Shown: in pieces, positions 47,996-57,480 of the stretch
Position numbering within the stretch: position 1 is the first letter of the stretch
How the letters are laid out: each line of letters starts with the position of its first letter
Assembly: GCA_048498995.1 (NCBI GenBank)
Contig: JBEHWX010000018.1
Span: 2,620-66,619, forward strand
Length of the DNA: 64,000 nt
Reading direction: 5' to 3'
From: Bacteroidota bacterium
GTDB taxonomy: Bacteria > Bacteroidota > Ignavibacteria > OLB7
Notes under the pieces: generated by a model
What the model was told of the DNA's origin: nothing
Database searches by the model: none
What the model saw: the letters and a program-made list of their open reading frames with translations, nothing else
Program-made: the position numbers and the translations under genes

Positions 47996-49024
47996 TCAGA
48001 TCCAGACCGAGGACTCCTCGCGCCAGGTGGGGAACATCGCGATATACTGAACGATCCTCGGAACGGTGGTCCGGTTCGGACGGCTGCCGTGCGGAAGCGC
48101 GTGATGCCAGATGATCAGATCTCCCGCCCGCCCCGCGACCGGCATCGAGCCGAGCGCGTGCAGATCCTCGCGCCGCGGATCGCTCCCCGGCGCGAGCGCG
48201 TCGAGCCACGCGTCGATCCGATGGTGAAAGCCGGGAACCAACGTGAATGCTCCCTGCTCCGGCGCCGTGTCGGTCAGGTAGAGTATCCCCTGCAGCCCGA
48301 ACGGGATCGGCCTGTGCAGGCTCACGTCCCAGTGAAGATCGGGACCACGGAACATGTTGTCGGGACGCTCCGGCGCGTTGAAGCCGACCCTGTCGGTCGT
48401 GACCCAGAGATCGGAGGTTCCCCAGAGCTGCGCGAAGGCCTTGTGGATGCGCGCGGAGCGGCGGTTGGCATCGAACGCCGGATGCTGGAAATACTGCACC
48501 ATGATCCCGTGATCGTTCGGCGCATACCATGTGTCCGGATCTTCCGGACGCGCGCCGAGATGCTCCCAGATCGCCCGCTCGGCCGCGACGCGATCCGCCT
48601 CCGGCACCGCGTCGCGCAGAATCACGTAGCCATGCTCCTCCCAGAACGCAAGATCCTCCTCCGAGAGCACCGGCTCCATCGCGTCGATCGCGGCAAGAGC
48701 GTGACGCGTGGCTTCCGGCATCGGCTCGCCGAGCAGCGTGGCGTTGAGCCGGGCCACCAGCTCCGGCGCGGGAGCCCCGGCGGTCTCGACGATCCACGCC
48801 TCCAGCTCCTCGAACGAGGGACGACGCTGAAGGATGTGAATGAACGTCTGCTCGAGCCCGAGGCCGAGCGCGTGGATCACCAGCTTGTCGGTCAGGTTCT
48901 CGTCTTCGTAGAGGCCGGCGACGTCGCGTCGTCGCGTGGTCATCCGCGTCCACATGCGCTTCAGATGGCGGACGCCGAGCGAGCCGGTCTCGCTCGACGG
49001 AGGATAGGGATCGATGTCGATCAT
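47996..49024 (-). CDS. Phytanoyl-CoA dioxygenase (PhyH) family protein
   Basis: WEEHGYVIL, LHWD, QGILYLTD and IWHHALPHGS. Confidence 0.88.
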   Translation of the reverse strand: MIDIDPYPPSSETGSLGVRHLKRMWTRMTTRRRDVAGLYEDENLTDKLVIHALGLGLEQTFIHILQRRPSFEELEAWIVETAGAPAPELVARLNATLLGEPMPEATRHALAAIDAMEPVLSEEDLAFWEEHGYVILRDAVPEADRVAAERAIWEHLGARPEDPDTWYAPNDHGIMVQYFQHPAFDANRRSARIHKAFAQLWGTSDLWVTTDRVGFNAPERPDNMFRGPDLHWDVSLHRPIPFGLQGILYLTDTAPEQGAFTLVPGFHHRIDAWLDALAPGSDPRREDLHALGSMPVAGRAGDLIIWHHALPHGSRPNRTTVPRIVQYIAMFPTWREESSVWI

Positions 49025-49143
49025 GGCGGGATCGGTGTATTCGCGAGCGCCGCGGCGCCGCCGTCCATCATCGAAGCGCTGGACGACGGCGCGACGCGCT
49101 CATCGTGGTTCAGGAATCATGACGCGAAGGTGAGCGCGGCGAC

Positions 49144-49581
49144 TCAGGCGGAGGCGCTTGCCGAGTCGGCGCTCGAAGTAGCGGCTTCCGCCGGCTGCGC
49201 GATCCGGGTGGCGATCCACCAGTAGTTGCCGCAGAGGTCGCGCACGCCGGCGCCGCGATCGCCGTAGGGATGATCGGCCGGCTCGTAGATCTTCTCGGCT
49301 CCCCCCTCGATCGCGCGCGCGTAGACGGCGTCGACATCCTCCACGTAATGATAGAGGCATCCCGGCATCGCCGGCCATTCCTCATTGGCGCCGCTGAGCA
49401 TGATCGGGGCGCCGTCGATGGCGATCTCGGCGTGCTGGATGGATCCGTCGGGACGGAGCGAGCGGAGACGCTCGACCGCGCCGAAGGCGAAGATGGCGAA
49501 GTCGATCAGCCCGGCCGGGTTGTCGACGATCAGATACGGGGTGATGGCGGAATATCCTTCGGGAAGCTGTCCGGTTGCCAT
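49144..49581 (-). CDS. VOC/PhnB-like glyoxalase family protein
   Basis: ITPYLIV, HAEIAI and YGDRGAGVRD..GNYWWIA. Confidence 0.88.
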   Translation of the reverse strand: MATGQLPEGYSAITPYLIVDNPAGLIDFAIFAFGAVERLRSLRPDGSIQHAEIAIDGAPIMLSGANEEWPAMPGCLYHYVEDVDAVYARAIEGGAEKIYEPADHPYGDRGAGVRDLCGNYWWIATRIAQPAEAATSSADSASASA

Positions 49582-49816
49582 TGCTGTTCTCCTGATTCGG
49601 CTGGGTGTCATCGGAAGAGGGACGCGTCACGTGGCGCAATGCCGGGCGATGCCGGGGCGATGCCGGGCGATGCCCCGCGTTGGCGCGTCCGATGGAGGGG
49701 GAAGATACGATGCCGAGACACCTTCCGGCACGCGACGGAGCGTGATCATCACGGAACGGGCCGATCGCGATTCAGGGGAGGCCGGGTCGCGCCGCCGGTT
49801 GATTCCGGCAACCAAC

Positions 49817-49835
49817 TACTTGCCTCAGTCAACGA
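49817..49835. promoter_or_regulatory. Imperfect palindrome TTGcCTCAGTCAA, candidate MarR operator
   Basis: Lies just upstream of the TACCTTCG promoter-like element and the MarR-GNAT gene. Confidence 0.45.
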
Positions 49836-49875
49836 GATTCCATTACCTTCGCGGCGAGGCAGGAGAAATCATCCC

Positions 49876-50805
49876 ATGGCAAAGAACGACATCCCGCGGA
49901 CCGTCGAGGCGGTGCGGCGCTTCAACCGATTCTACACGCGGCAGATCGGCGTGCTCGACGAGGAGCTGCTGAAAAGCCCCTTCTCGCTGACCGAGGCGCG
50001 CGTCCTCTACGAGCTGGCGCATCGCGAGCAGTGCACGGCCACCGACCTGGTGATAGAACTGGGGCTGAACCCGGGGTACCTGAGCAGGATCATCCGGAGC
50101 TTCGAGTCGCGGGGGCTCATCGCCCGGCAGCAGTCGGAGACGGACGGGCGGCAGAGCATTCTGTCGCTCACCGACAAGGGAGCCGAGGCATTCTCCGTGG
50201 TCAACAGCCGCACCCGCGCGCAGATCGAGCGGATGCTCGTCCGGCTCAGCGACCGGCAGCAGAAGCAGCTCGTGGAGGCCGCCGGCACCATCGAGCGGCT
50301 CCTCGGAGCGCCGCGGGAGTCCGCCGTCCACTACGTTCTCCGGCTGCACGAGCCGGGGGATCTCGGCTGGATCGTCCATCGCCACGGCGTGGTCTACGCC
50401 GCCGAGTACGGGTGGAACGAGGAGTTCGAGGGGCTGGTGGCGGAGGTGGCCGCGCGCTTCCTGAAGCATCACGACCCGAAGCGGGAGCGCTGCTGGATCG
50501 CCGAGATGGATGGCAAGATCGTCGGCTCGATCATGCTCGTGCGGCAGTCGGCAAAGGTGGCCAAGCTCCGGCTTCTGCTGGTGGAGCCGGAGGCACGCGG
50601 CCTCGGCCTGGGAAAGCGCCTGGTGAACGAGTGCATCCGTTTCGCGCGCCAGGCCGGCTACAGGAAGATCACGCTCTGGACCAACAACGTGCTGGTGGCC
50701 GCTCGCCATATCTACGAGCAGAGCGGCTTTCAGCTCACCGGCGAGGAGCGGCATCACAGCTTCGGCCACGATCTGGTCTCGGAGACCTGGGATCTGGATC
50801 TGTAG
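49876..50805 (+). CDS. Bifunctional MarR HTH regulator / GNAT acetyltransferase
   Basis: VRRFNRFYT, SLTEARVLYEL and LRLLLVEPEARGLGLG. Confidence 0.93.
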   Translation: MAKNDIPRTVEAVRRFNRFYTRQIGVLDEELLKSPFSLTEARVLYELAHREQCTATDLVIELGLNPGYLSRIIRSFESRGLIARQQSETDGRQSILSLTDKGAEAFSVVNSRTRAQIERMLVRLSDRQQKQLVEAAGTIERLLGAPRESAVHYVLRLHEPGDLGWIVHRHGVVYAAEYGWNEEFEGLVAEVAARFLKHHDPKRERCWIAEMDGKIVGSIMLVRQSAKVAKLRLLLVEPEARGLGLGKRLVNECIRFARQAGYRKITLWTNNVLVAARHIYEQSGFQLTGEERHHSFGHDLVSETWDLDL

Positions 50806-50844
50806 ACCTCCCGAGCGCATTCCCCTCTCCCCCCTGAAACCACG

Positions 50845-50870
50845 AACGGCGGCCGTCACCGGCCGCCGTT
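50845..50870. terminator. Terminator hairpin between convergent genes
   Basis: AACGGCGGCC/GGCCGCCGTT. Confidence 0.6.
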
Positions 50871-50937
50871 TCGCGTTGAGACCGTCGCCGCGCCGCATGG
50901 GATGAGCGCGGACGCCGGCTCCATCAATGGTTCCCGA

Positions 50938-52659
50938 TCACTTCACCCGCTCGAATCGGATGTTCCTGCTGCGGCCGAGCGTGGCCAGCATCGCCGCCAC
51001 GACGCCATCTTTCCCTTTCTCGAAGGAGACCCTGGCAAGATAGGCGTGATCCCCCTGAAACATCATGACCGACTTCGTCACCGGAGGGGTGAACGTCACC
51101 GTATCGACCCGCGCGTTGGCGGCCACCAGCTTTCCCTCCTTCACCGAGAGTGTATACTCGGTCTCCAGCTCCGGACTGTAGTAGCGTCCGGCGTAGGAGG
51201 CCAGCTCCTCGGCCGGTATCGTCCATGGCTCGATCCGTTTGCCCGGATGCGGTCCGTCCTGATCGAAGGTGATCGCGGAGACTCCGCCGCCGGCATCCCG
51301 GTGAAACGTTACCAACGCGTCGACATCGGTCGTGAAGAACGTGGAGTCCGAGGAGGGGAACATCTCGCTCCGCGACTGCCCCGTCGCCTGAACATAGTAA
51401 TGGCCGCTCTCACGACTGAACGTCATCACGAATCCCGGTATCTCGGTCATCTCGTATTGTCCGGCATACGCCGCGAAGCGCGTGGAGTCGAACTTCACGG
51501 CCGCGCGCGTCGGAACGGAGCCACTCCCCGAAGCATCCCCGGCGGCCCGCGCCACCGCTCCCTTCGGCAGCTTGTCGGCCATGAGCACCTCCATCACCTT
51601 CTCGGCGAGGCCGTCGGCGTCGATCTCCGACGAGTTGGCGAGCACGGCGACCGACAGATGCTCCGACGGAATGCGCAACAGCTGCGCGCGGTAACCCGCC
51701 CAGGCCCCGCCATGCTCCACCTTCGGAATCCCGTGGAAGTCGCTGAACATCAGCCCCTCGCCGTAGTCCAGCGTATCGCCGCCGTTGAGAATGCCGCGAC
51801 GTCCGAGTTCGGCCAGCAGCGCCCTGCCGCCGACCTTCGGCGTGTAGAAATTCTCATCCCACTTGAGAAGATCCTCCACCGTCGTGTTCACCCCGCCGTC
51901 GCCGTTCTGTTCCCAGTTCGACATGTTCCTGATGAAGGTCCCGGGGCCGGAGCTCTCGTAGCCCATCGCGCGGTTCGGAACGATCATCGTGTGATCGTTC
52001 ACGTAGACGGTATGCGTCATGCCGAGCGGCGTGAAGATCCGCTCCGCGGCGAACTCCCGAAGGCTCTTGCCGCTGACCCGCTCGACGATGACGGAGGCGA
52101 GGAAATATCCGGTGTTGCAGTAGGCGAACTTCACCCCCGGGTCCGAGACGAGCCCCTTCTGGCGCACCACCAGACGGAGCGCGTCGGCCGTGGTGGTGAC
52201 GTCGTCCATGTCGTGGCCGGCCATCGCCATCAGTCCGAGATAATCGCGCAATCCGCTGGTGTGATTCAGCAGATGTCGGATCGTGATCGTGTGTCCGTAG
52301 TCCGGCATTTCCGGCAGGTACTTCCTGATGTCGTCATCCAGCGAGAGCTTTCCATCCTCCTGCAGAAGCACGAGCGAGGCGGCGGTGAACTGCTTTGAGG
52401 TGGAGCCGATGTCGAAGACCGTTCCAGGCCCGATCGGCACGCCATGCTCGAGGTCGGCCGAGCCGTATCCTTTCGCGTAGATCAGGCGGCCGCCGCGATA
52501 GACGCCGAGAGCGCATCCCGGCATCGCGCGCGAGGAGTAGTCGGAGAAGACGGCGTCGACCTTTTTCGCGAGCGCCGAGGAGAGCATCTGCGCGGATGCG
52601 GCGCCGGAGGAAAGCTGGAAGAGCACGAGGAGGAGCGGAAGACCGAATACAGGTTTCAT
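50938..52659 (-). CDS. Serine hydrolase, beta-lactamase/AmpC family with C-terminal DUF3471-like domains
   Basis: STSK (SxxK), YCN, LLNHTSG and HGG; signal peptide. Confidence 0.9.
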   Translation of the reverse strand: MKPVFGLPLLLVLFQLSSGAASAQMLSSALAKKVDAVFSDYSSRAMPGCALGVYRGGRLIYAKGYGSADLEHGVPIGPGTVFDIGSTSKQFTAASLVLLQEDGKLSLDDDIRKYLPEMPDYGHTITIRHLLNHTSGLRDYLGLMAMAGHDMDDVTTTADALRLVVRQKGLVSDPGVKFAYCNTGYFLASVIVERVSGKSLREFAAERIFTPLGMTHTVYVNDHTMIVPNRAMGYESSGPGTFIRNMSNWEQNGDGGVNTTVEDLLKWDENFYTPKVGGRALLAELGRRGILNGGDTLDYGEGLMFSDFHGIPKVEHGGAWAGYRAQLLRIPSEHLSVAVLANSSEIDADGLAEKVMEVLMADKLPKGAVARAAGDASGSGSVPTRAAVKFDSTRFAAYAGQYEMTEIPGFVMTFSRESGHYYVQATGQSRSEMFPSSDSTFFTTDVDALVTFHRDAGGGVSAITFDQDGPHPGKRIEPWTIPAEELASYAGRYYSPELETEYTLSVKEGKLVAANARVDTVTFTPPVTKSVMMFQGDHAYLARVSFEKGKDGVVAAMLATLGRSRNIRFERVK

Positions 52660-53188
52660 ACGCGATCCGCGGATTGGATGAATCGATACGCCGTGAAGGA
52701 GCGCGACGGGAGGCACGCGGGCTCGCGCGAGAGAGAGTATGCGAGCCGAAGCGAAAACGTCGCACGACGACTAGACGGAACAATCTCCCGGGAGTTCCAC
52801 TCCGCCGACATCGATCGCCATCCGGTCGTGATCCCATCCCGCAAACGGTATCCGTACGCTCGCCCAGATCGACGCGACCACGCACCGTGCCCCATGGATT
52901 CGCGGGTCATGGCGAGGGAGGCTCACCACGCCACGACTCCTTCAGCCGGGCCATCCGCTCGATGACGACCGCCGAGGCGGTATCGGGCGCATCGCCCCCG
53001 CTCCTTCCCGACGCCAGCCAGATGCTGACGCGATATCCGACGCGGAGCTGGCCGGCACTCGCGCGATGCCCGACACGCTGCATCACCAGCGCGCTGGAGG
53101 GGACCACGATACGCCCGCTCCCTTCCCGCCGCGCCCCGCCCGCCCCGAGACGCCGCCTCGCAACGGTTGCCCGGAGTTCACATGTTTT

Positions 53189-53209
53189 TATTTGGATCTA
53201 ATCCAAATA
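53189..53209. promoter_or_regulatory. Perfect 9-3-9 AT-rich palindrome, candidate Fur/iron-repressor box
   Basis: TATTTGGAT-CTA-ATCCAAATA upstream of the siderophore receptor. Confidence 0.7.
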
Positions 53210-53254
53210 GCTCCAATATTCGCGCCCGCCATTCGAAACTGACTGGGTTTGACG

Positions 53255-53473
53255 GCGGCAAACAAGGCACGCACTGCCGGCGAGCGGGCGCGGTTCTACG
53301 ATTCGCGCCCGCTGAATGAATCGGCCGGTCATAACAGCGGCAAACAAGGCACGCACTGCCGGCTGGCGGGCGCGGTTCTGCGATTCGCGCCCGCTGAATG
53401 AATCGGCCGGTCACAACAGCGGCAAACACGGCGCTCACCGCCAGCGAGCGGGCGCGGTTCCGCGATGCGCGCC
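53255..53473. repeat. 82-bp tandem repeat (about 2.6 copies) with internal hairpin
   Basis: Units start at 53255, 53337 and 53419; stem GCGGGCGCG/CGCGCCCGC. Confidence 0.9.
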
Positions 53474-53589
53474 GATGCGAGCATCGACCTCGATCACATC
53501 CTTCATCTCATCTCACGCGGGCATCGCCGAGACGGCATGCACGCTCCCTGACGACGGATCTTCAACATTCTCTTACTCGATACCCCGAT

Positions 53590-55965
53590 ATGCGAGCGAA
53601 TCTCTCTCTCCTTCTTCTCGGCCTCCTGCTGACCGCGGGCGCCGGACAGCTTGCCGCCCAATCGACCGGCAGCGTGCAGGGCACCGTCACCACGTCCGAC
53701 GGCGTCCCGGTGGAGGCCGCCACGGTCACCGCTGCCGGCACCGGCCGCGGCGCCGTGACCCGGCGTGACGGATCCTTCCTGGTCAAGGATCTTCCGGCCG
53801 GACGCTACACGATCGCCGTCACGCGGATCGGCCTGGCGCGCCAGGAGCGGGAGGTCACGATCACGGCCGGAGAGCGGGCACGCCTCGACTTCGCGATGGC
53901 CGAGACCGGGCTGGAGCTTCAGGGAATCACCGTCAACTCGAGCCGCAGCGTCAACTCGGTGCCGGTGGCGATCGGGAAGGTGGCGATACCGCCGATGGAT
54001 CTGCCGCAGAGCGTGGCGGTGGTCGATCACGACGTGCTCGAGCGCCAGCAGGTGCTCCACCTCGGCGACGCGCTGAAGAACGTCAACGGCGTCTACGTGA
54101 TGGGAACCTCCGGAGGAACGCAGGAGGAGCTGGCCGGACGCGGGTTCGCCCTCGGCAGCACCAGCACCTTCAAGAACGGCGTCCGCTTCAACAACGCCGT
54201 GATGCCGGAGATGAGCTCGCTCGAGCGCCTGGAGGTGCTGAAGGGGAGCAGCGCGATCCTGTTCGGGAACGTGTCGGCCGGTGGCGTGATCAACATGGTC
54301 ACCAAGAAGCCGCGGTTCGAGCAGGGGGGCGAGATCTCGATGCGCGTCGGGAGCTATGATCTCTACAAGCCGACGATCGACGTCTACGGTCCGCTCCTCG
54401 GCAGCACGGAAGTGGCCTATCGTCTCGGCGCCACCTATGAGCGGGGCAACAGCTTCCGCCAGAGCGTCGGTTCCGAGCGGGTCTACATCAATCCCTCTTT
54501 CCTGGCCGAGATCGACGGGGAGACCTCGATCCTCGTCGAAGCCGATTACCTGAAGGACGACCGGACGCTCGACTACGGCACCGGCGCCATCAACTACGCG
54601 ATCGCCGACGTGCCGCGCGACCGTTTCCTCGGCGCCGGCTGGTCCTATTCCCACATCGCGCAGAGCAGCGCCATGCTCACCGCCACGCGCGGGCTCGGCC
54701 AGGAGTGGGAGCTCCGCGGCGTGGCCGGCTATCAGAGCTACGGCAGCGATCTGTTCGGCACCACCCGCCCCAACGCGGGCACGCTCGTGCAGTCCGACGG
54801 GAAGTGGATCCGCGGCGTGCAGCGCTCCCAGGTCAACGAACAGTACGCGCTCGGCCAGATCGATCTCAGCGGCCACATCACCACCGGCTTCCTCGATCAT
54901 CGCGTGCTCGTCGGCTTCGACGCCGATCGCTACCGGACCGAGACGATCGCCTACGAGAACATCGCCAAGTACGATTCGATCAACATCCTCAATCCGGACA
55001 TGTACCAGCGGCGGGGTGACATCCCGGATCTGAAGCCGCGCACCACGACCACCAGCCCGGTCTACCGCGCCGGTCTCTACGTGCAGGATCTGATCGGCAT
55101 CGCCGACCAGGTGAAGCTGCTGGCCGGCGTCCGCTGGAGCTACCAGGAGACCGGCAGCAACGTCGTCACCAACGCGACCGGCGCCACGACCTACCAGACG
55201 TCGTTCGACGACGCGATCACGCCCCGCCTCGGCCTGGTCTATCAGCCGCTCCGGAGCGTCTCCCTCTTCGCCAGCTACGCCAACTCCTTCACGCTCAACA
55301 CCGGCGTCGACATCAACGGCGACGCGCTTCCCCCCTCGTTCATCGATCAGTACGAAGTGGGAGTCAAGAGCGACTGGCTCGACGGGCTCTTCTCCACGAA
55401 CGTCACCCTCTACCAGATCGTCAACAGCAACCTGGCGCAGACCAGCCTGGCCAACGGCAACACGAGCTCGAACATCAAGGAGCTGGCCGGCGAAGTGACC
55501 AGCAAGGGAGTCGAGGTGGATCTTTCCACGCGCCGGTGGAGCGGCGTGGCGCTCCTGGCCGGCTACAGCTACAATCGTACTACCTACACCGCGAGCAATA
55601 CCTACGAGGTCGGCAGCGAGCTCCGCTACAACCCGGTGCACACGGCCAACGCGAGCATCTCCTACGAGATCGGCAGCGACGGCATCCTCCGCGGCCTGGA
55701 GCTCGGCGCCGGCGCGCTCTACATCGGCGACCGCGTGGCCGGCCGCTCCACCCGCCTGACGGTGAAGAACGACGCCTACAAGCTGATGCCGATCCCGAGC
55801 TTCACCCAGTTCGACCTCTCGGCCAGCTACCAGTGGAGCGATCTGGCCGTGAGCCTCAAGGTCTCCAATCTCTTCGACGTCCTCAGCTACTACGTCCACG
55901 ACGACAACAGCGTCAACCCGATCGCGCCGCGCACCTACTCGGTCACGACGAAGATCCGCCTGTGA
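53590..55965 (+). CDS. TonB-dependent siderophore receptor
   Basis: Signal peptide, N-terminal carboxypeptidase-reg domain, plug DLPQS...LERLEVLKGSSAILFG, barrel ending NLFD...PRTY. Confidence 0.95.
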   Translation: MRANLSLLLLGLLLTAGAGQLAAQSTGSVQGTVTTSDGVPVEAATVTAAGTGRGAVTRRDGSFLVKDLPAGRYTIAVTRIGLARQEREVTITAGERARLDFAMAETGLELQGITVNSSRSVNSVPVAIGKVAIPPMDLPQSVAVVDHDVLERQQVLHLGDALKNVNGVYVMGTSGGTQEELAGRGFALGSTSTFKNGVRFNNAVMPEMSSLERLEVLKGSSAILFGNVSAGGVINMVTKKPRFEQGGEISMRVGSYDLYKPTIDVYGPLLGSTEVAYRLGATYERGNSFRQSVGSERVYINPSFLAEIDGETSILVEADYLKDDRTLDYGTGAINYAIADVPRDRFLGAGWSYSHIAQSSAMLTATRGLGQEWELRGVAGYQSYGSDLFGTTRPNAGTLVQSDGKWIRGVQRSQVNEQYALGQIDLSGHITTGFLDHRVLVGFDADRYRTETIAYENIAKYDSINILNPDMYQRRGDIPDLKPRTTTTSPVYRAGLYVQDLIGIADQVKLLAGVRWSYQETGSNVVTNATGATTYQTSFDDAITPRLGLVYQPLRSVSLFASYANSFTLNTGVDINGDALPPSFIDQYEVGVKSDWLDGLFSTNVTLYQIVNSNLAQTSLANGNTSSNIKELAGEVTSKGVEVDLSTRRWSGVALLAGYSYNRTTYTASNTYEVGSELRYNPVHTANASISYEIGSDGILRGLELGAGALYIGDRVAGRSTRLTVKNDAYKLMPIPSFTQFDLSASYQWSDLAVSLKVSNLFDVLSYYVHDDNSVNPIAPRTYSVTTKIRL

Positions 55966-55979
55966 GGGAGCGGCCACGC

Positions 55980-57164
55980 ATGAAAAAGCTCTACAGAACG
56001 ATCCATCTCTATCTGGGCCTGGCCTGCGGTCTGGTGATCGCGGTGGTCTGCTTCACCGGCGCCACGCTCGTCTTCGAGAAGGAGCTGGAGGGGATGATCT
56101 ATCCGGAGCGGCGCCACGTGCCGGTCGGCGCCGAGCGGGTCGCCGTCGAGACGATGATGGCCGCGGTGAAGGCCCGCGCCCCACGCGGCAAGGTGACGAT
56201 GGTGAAGGTCTATGGAGACCGGGAGCGTCCGGTCGAGATCGGCTACCGGCTCGGCGGGGAGAAGGGGGAGAACAGCAGGGCGTTCGTCGATCCGTATACC
56301 GGGCGGGTGATCGCCCTGTCGGGAGCGCGCGGCCCCTTCTTCGCCACGATGTTCTCGCTCCATCGCTGGCTGCTGGCCGGCGACGTGGGGAAGCGGATCG
56401 TCGGGGTGAGCACGCTGGTCTTTCTGGTCATCCTCATCACCGGCATCATCCTCTGGTGGCCGCGGACGATGCGGTTCCTCCGCCAGCGGCTGGTGCCGAA
56501 GCTGACGACCGGATGGAAGCGGACCAATCACGACCTGCACGTGGTGATCGGCTTCTGGACGGCGCTGCCCCTCTTCATCTGCGCGTTCACCGGGCTTGCC
56601 TGGTCGTTCACCTGGTTCAACGACGGCATCTACACGGTCACCGGCTCGCCGCTGAAGCCGCCCCCTCCTCCCCGCTCCGTGGCGGTCGAAGGGGCGAAGC
56701 CGATCGAGCTGGACCGCGCGCTGGCGCTGGCCGCCGCGCGGATGCCGGGGGCCGAGAGCTACACGATCGCGCCGGCCTCCAAGCCGACCGACGCGATCCG
56801 CGTAACCGTGATGCCGGCCGACGCCCCGCACGAGCGGGCCTCGCATCAGATCTTCGTGGACCGGTACTCCGGAGCGGAGCTGGCGCTGCGCCGCTATGAG
56901 CAGCAGAGCCTGGGACAGCGGGCGCGGAGCATCTTCTACCCGATCCACGTCGGGTCGATCGCCGGATTGCCGGGACGGATCATCGCGCTGGTGGCCTGCG
57001 TCGCCGGGTTCACCTTTCCGTTCACGGGGGTGATCCTCTGGATCAACCGTCTCCGGAGAAAGCGCGCCAAGGGAGCCGGCACGCAACCCGCCGAGGCTCG
57101 GCCGAGCCGGATACGCCGGGTGCCGCGGCGTCCGGAGCGTCCACGCGCCGAGGCGCACGGCTGA
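55980..57164 (+). CDS. PepSY-associated TM helix protein
   Basis: IHLYLGL, FVDPYTG, LHRWL, DLHVVIG and PIHVG. Confidence 0.92.
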   Translation: MKKLYRTIHLYLGLACGLVIAVVCFTGATLVFEKELEGMIYPERRHVPVGAERVAVETMMAAVKARAPRGKVTMVKVYGDRERPVEIGYRLGGEKGENSRAFVDPYTGRVIALSGARGPFFATMFSLHRWLLAGDVGKRIVGVSTLVFLVILITGIILWWPRTMRFLRQRLVPKLTTGWKRTNHDLHVVIGFWTALPLFICAFTGLAWSFTWFNDGIYTVTGSPLKPPPPPRSVAVEGAKPIELDRALALAAARMPGAESYTIAPASKPTDAIRVTVMPADAPHERASHQIFVDRYSGAELALRRYEQQSLGQRARSIFYPIHVGSIAGLPGRIIALVACVAGFTFPFTGVILWINRLRRKRAKGAGTQPAEARPSRIRRVPRRPERPRAEAHG

Positions 57165-57202
57165 GCGGAACGACAATGCAGCCCGCGACAACCCGATGGA
57201 TG

Positions 57203-57245
57203 AACCAACACGGGCCGCGTCATCGAGACGCGGCCCGTGTTGGTT
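57203..57245. terminator. 19-bp-stem hairpin after the TBDR-PepSY operon
   Basis: AACCAACACGGGCCGCGTC-ATCGA-GACGCGGCCCGTGTTGGTT. Confidence 0.7.
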
Positions 57246-57322
57246 TGAGCATCGATATCCGCGTGTATATCCACGCCTCGGCAGGCAACGGCTTCAACGT
57301 GCGAGCATTCGCGGACGGCGAT

Positions 57323-57348
57323 GCGGCCACGGGGGGGGCCGGCCGTAC
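57323..57348 (-). repeat. Degenerate copy of the GTAC-GGGCGGCCCCCCGTGGCCGCCC REP seen at 8608-8633
   Basis: gcggccacggggggggccggccgtac. Confidence 0.5.
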
Positions 57349-57480
57349 GAGGTGGCTTCAGCGGCGCTGGGACGGCGACGGGAGGCCATCCGCGCGAAAT
57401 ACTCGGATCTCACACCAGGCATCATCGGCGTGCGCTGATGCTCCACCGCGCGGAGCGCTCCTCCGGCACACCGGGCGTGA

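Noticed and set aside
50938-52659. True beta-lactamase
   Set aside because: The long AmpC-like hydrolase with extra C-terminal domains is more typical of peptidases and esterases
52907-53107. 66-aa minus-strand ORF
   Set aside because: No SD or recognisable motif; at most a gene remnant
53255-53473. CRISPR array
   Set aside because: Whole 82-bp units repeat, with no unique spacers and no cas genes
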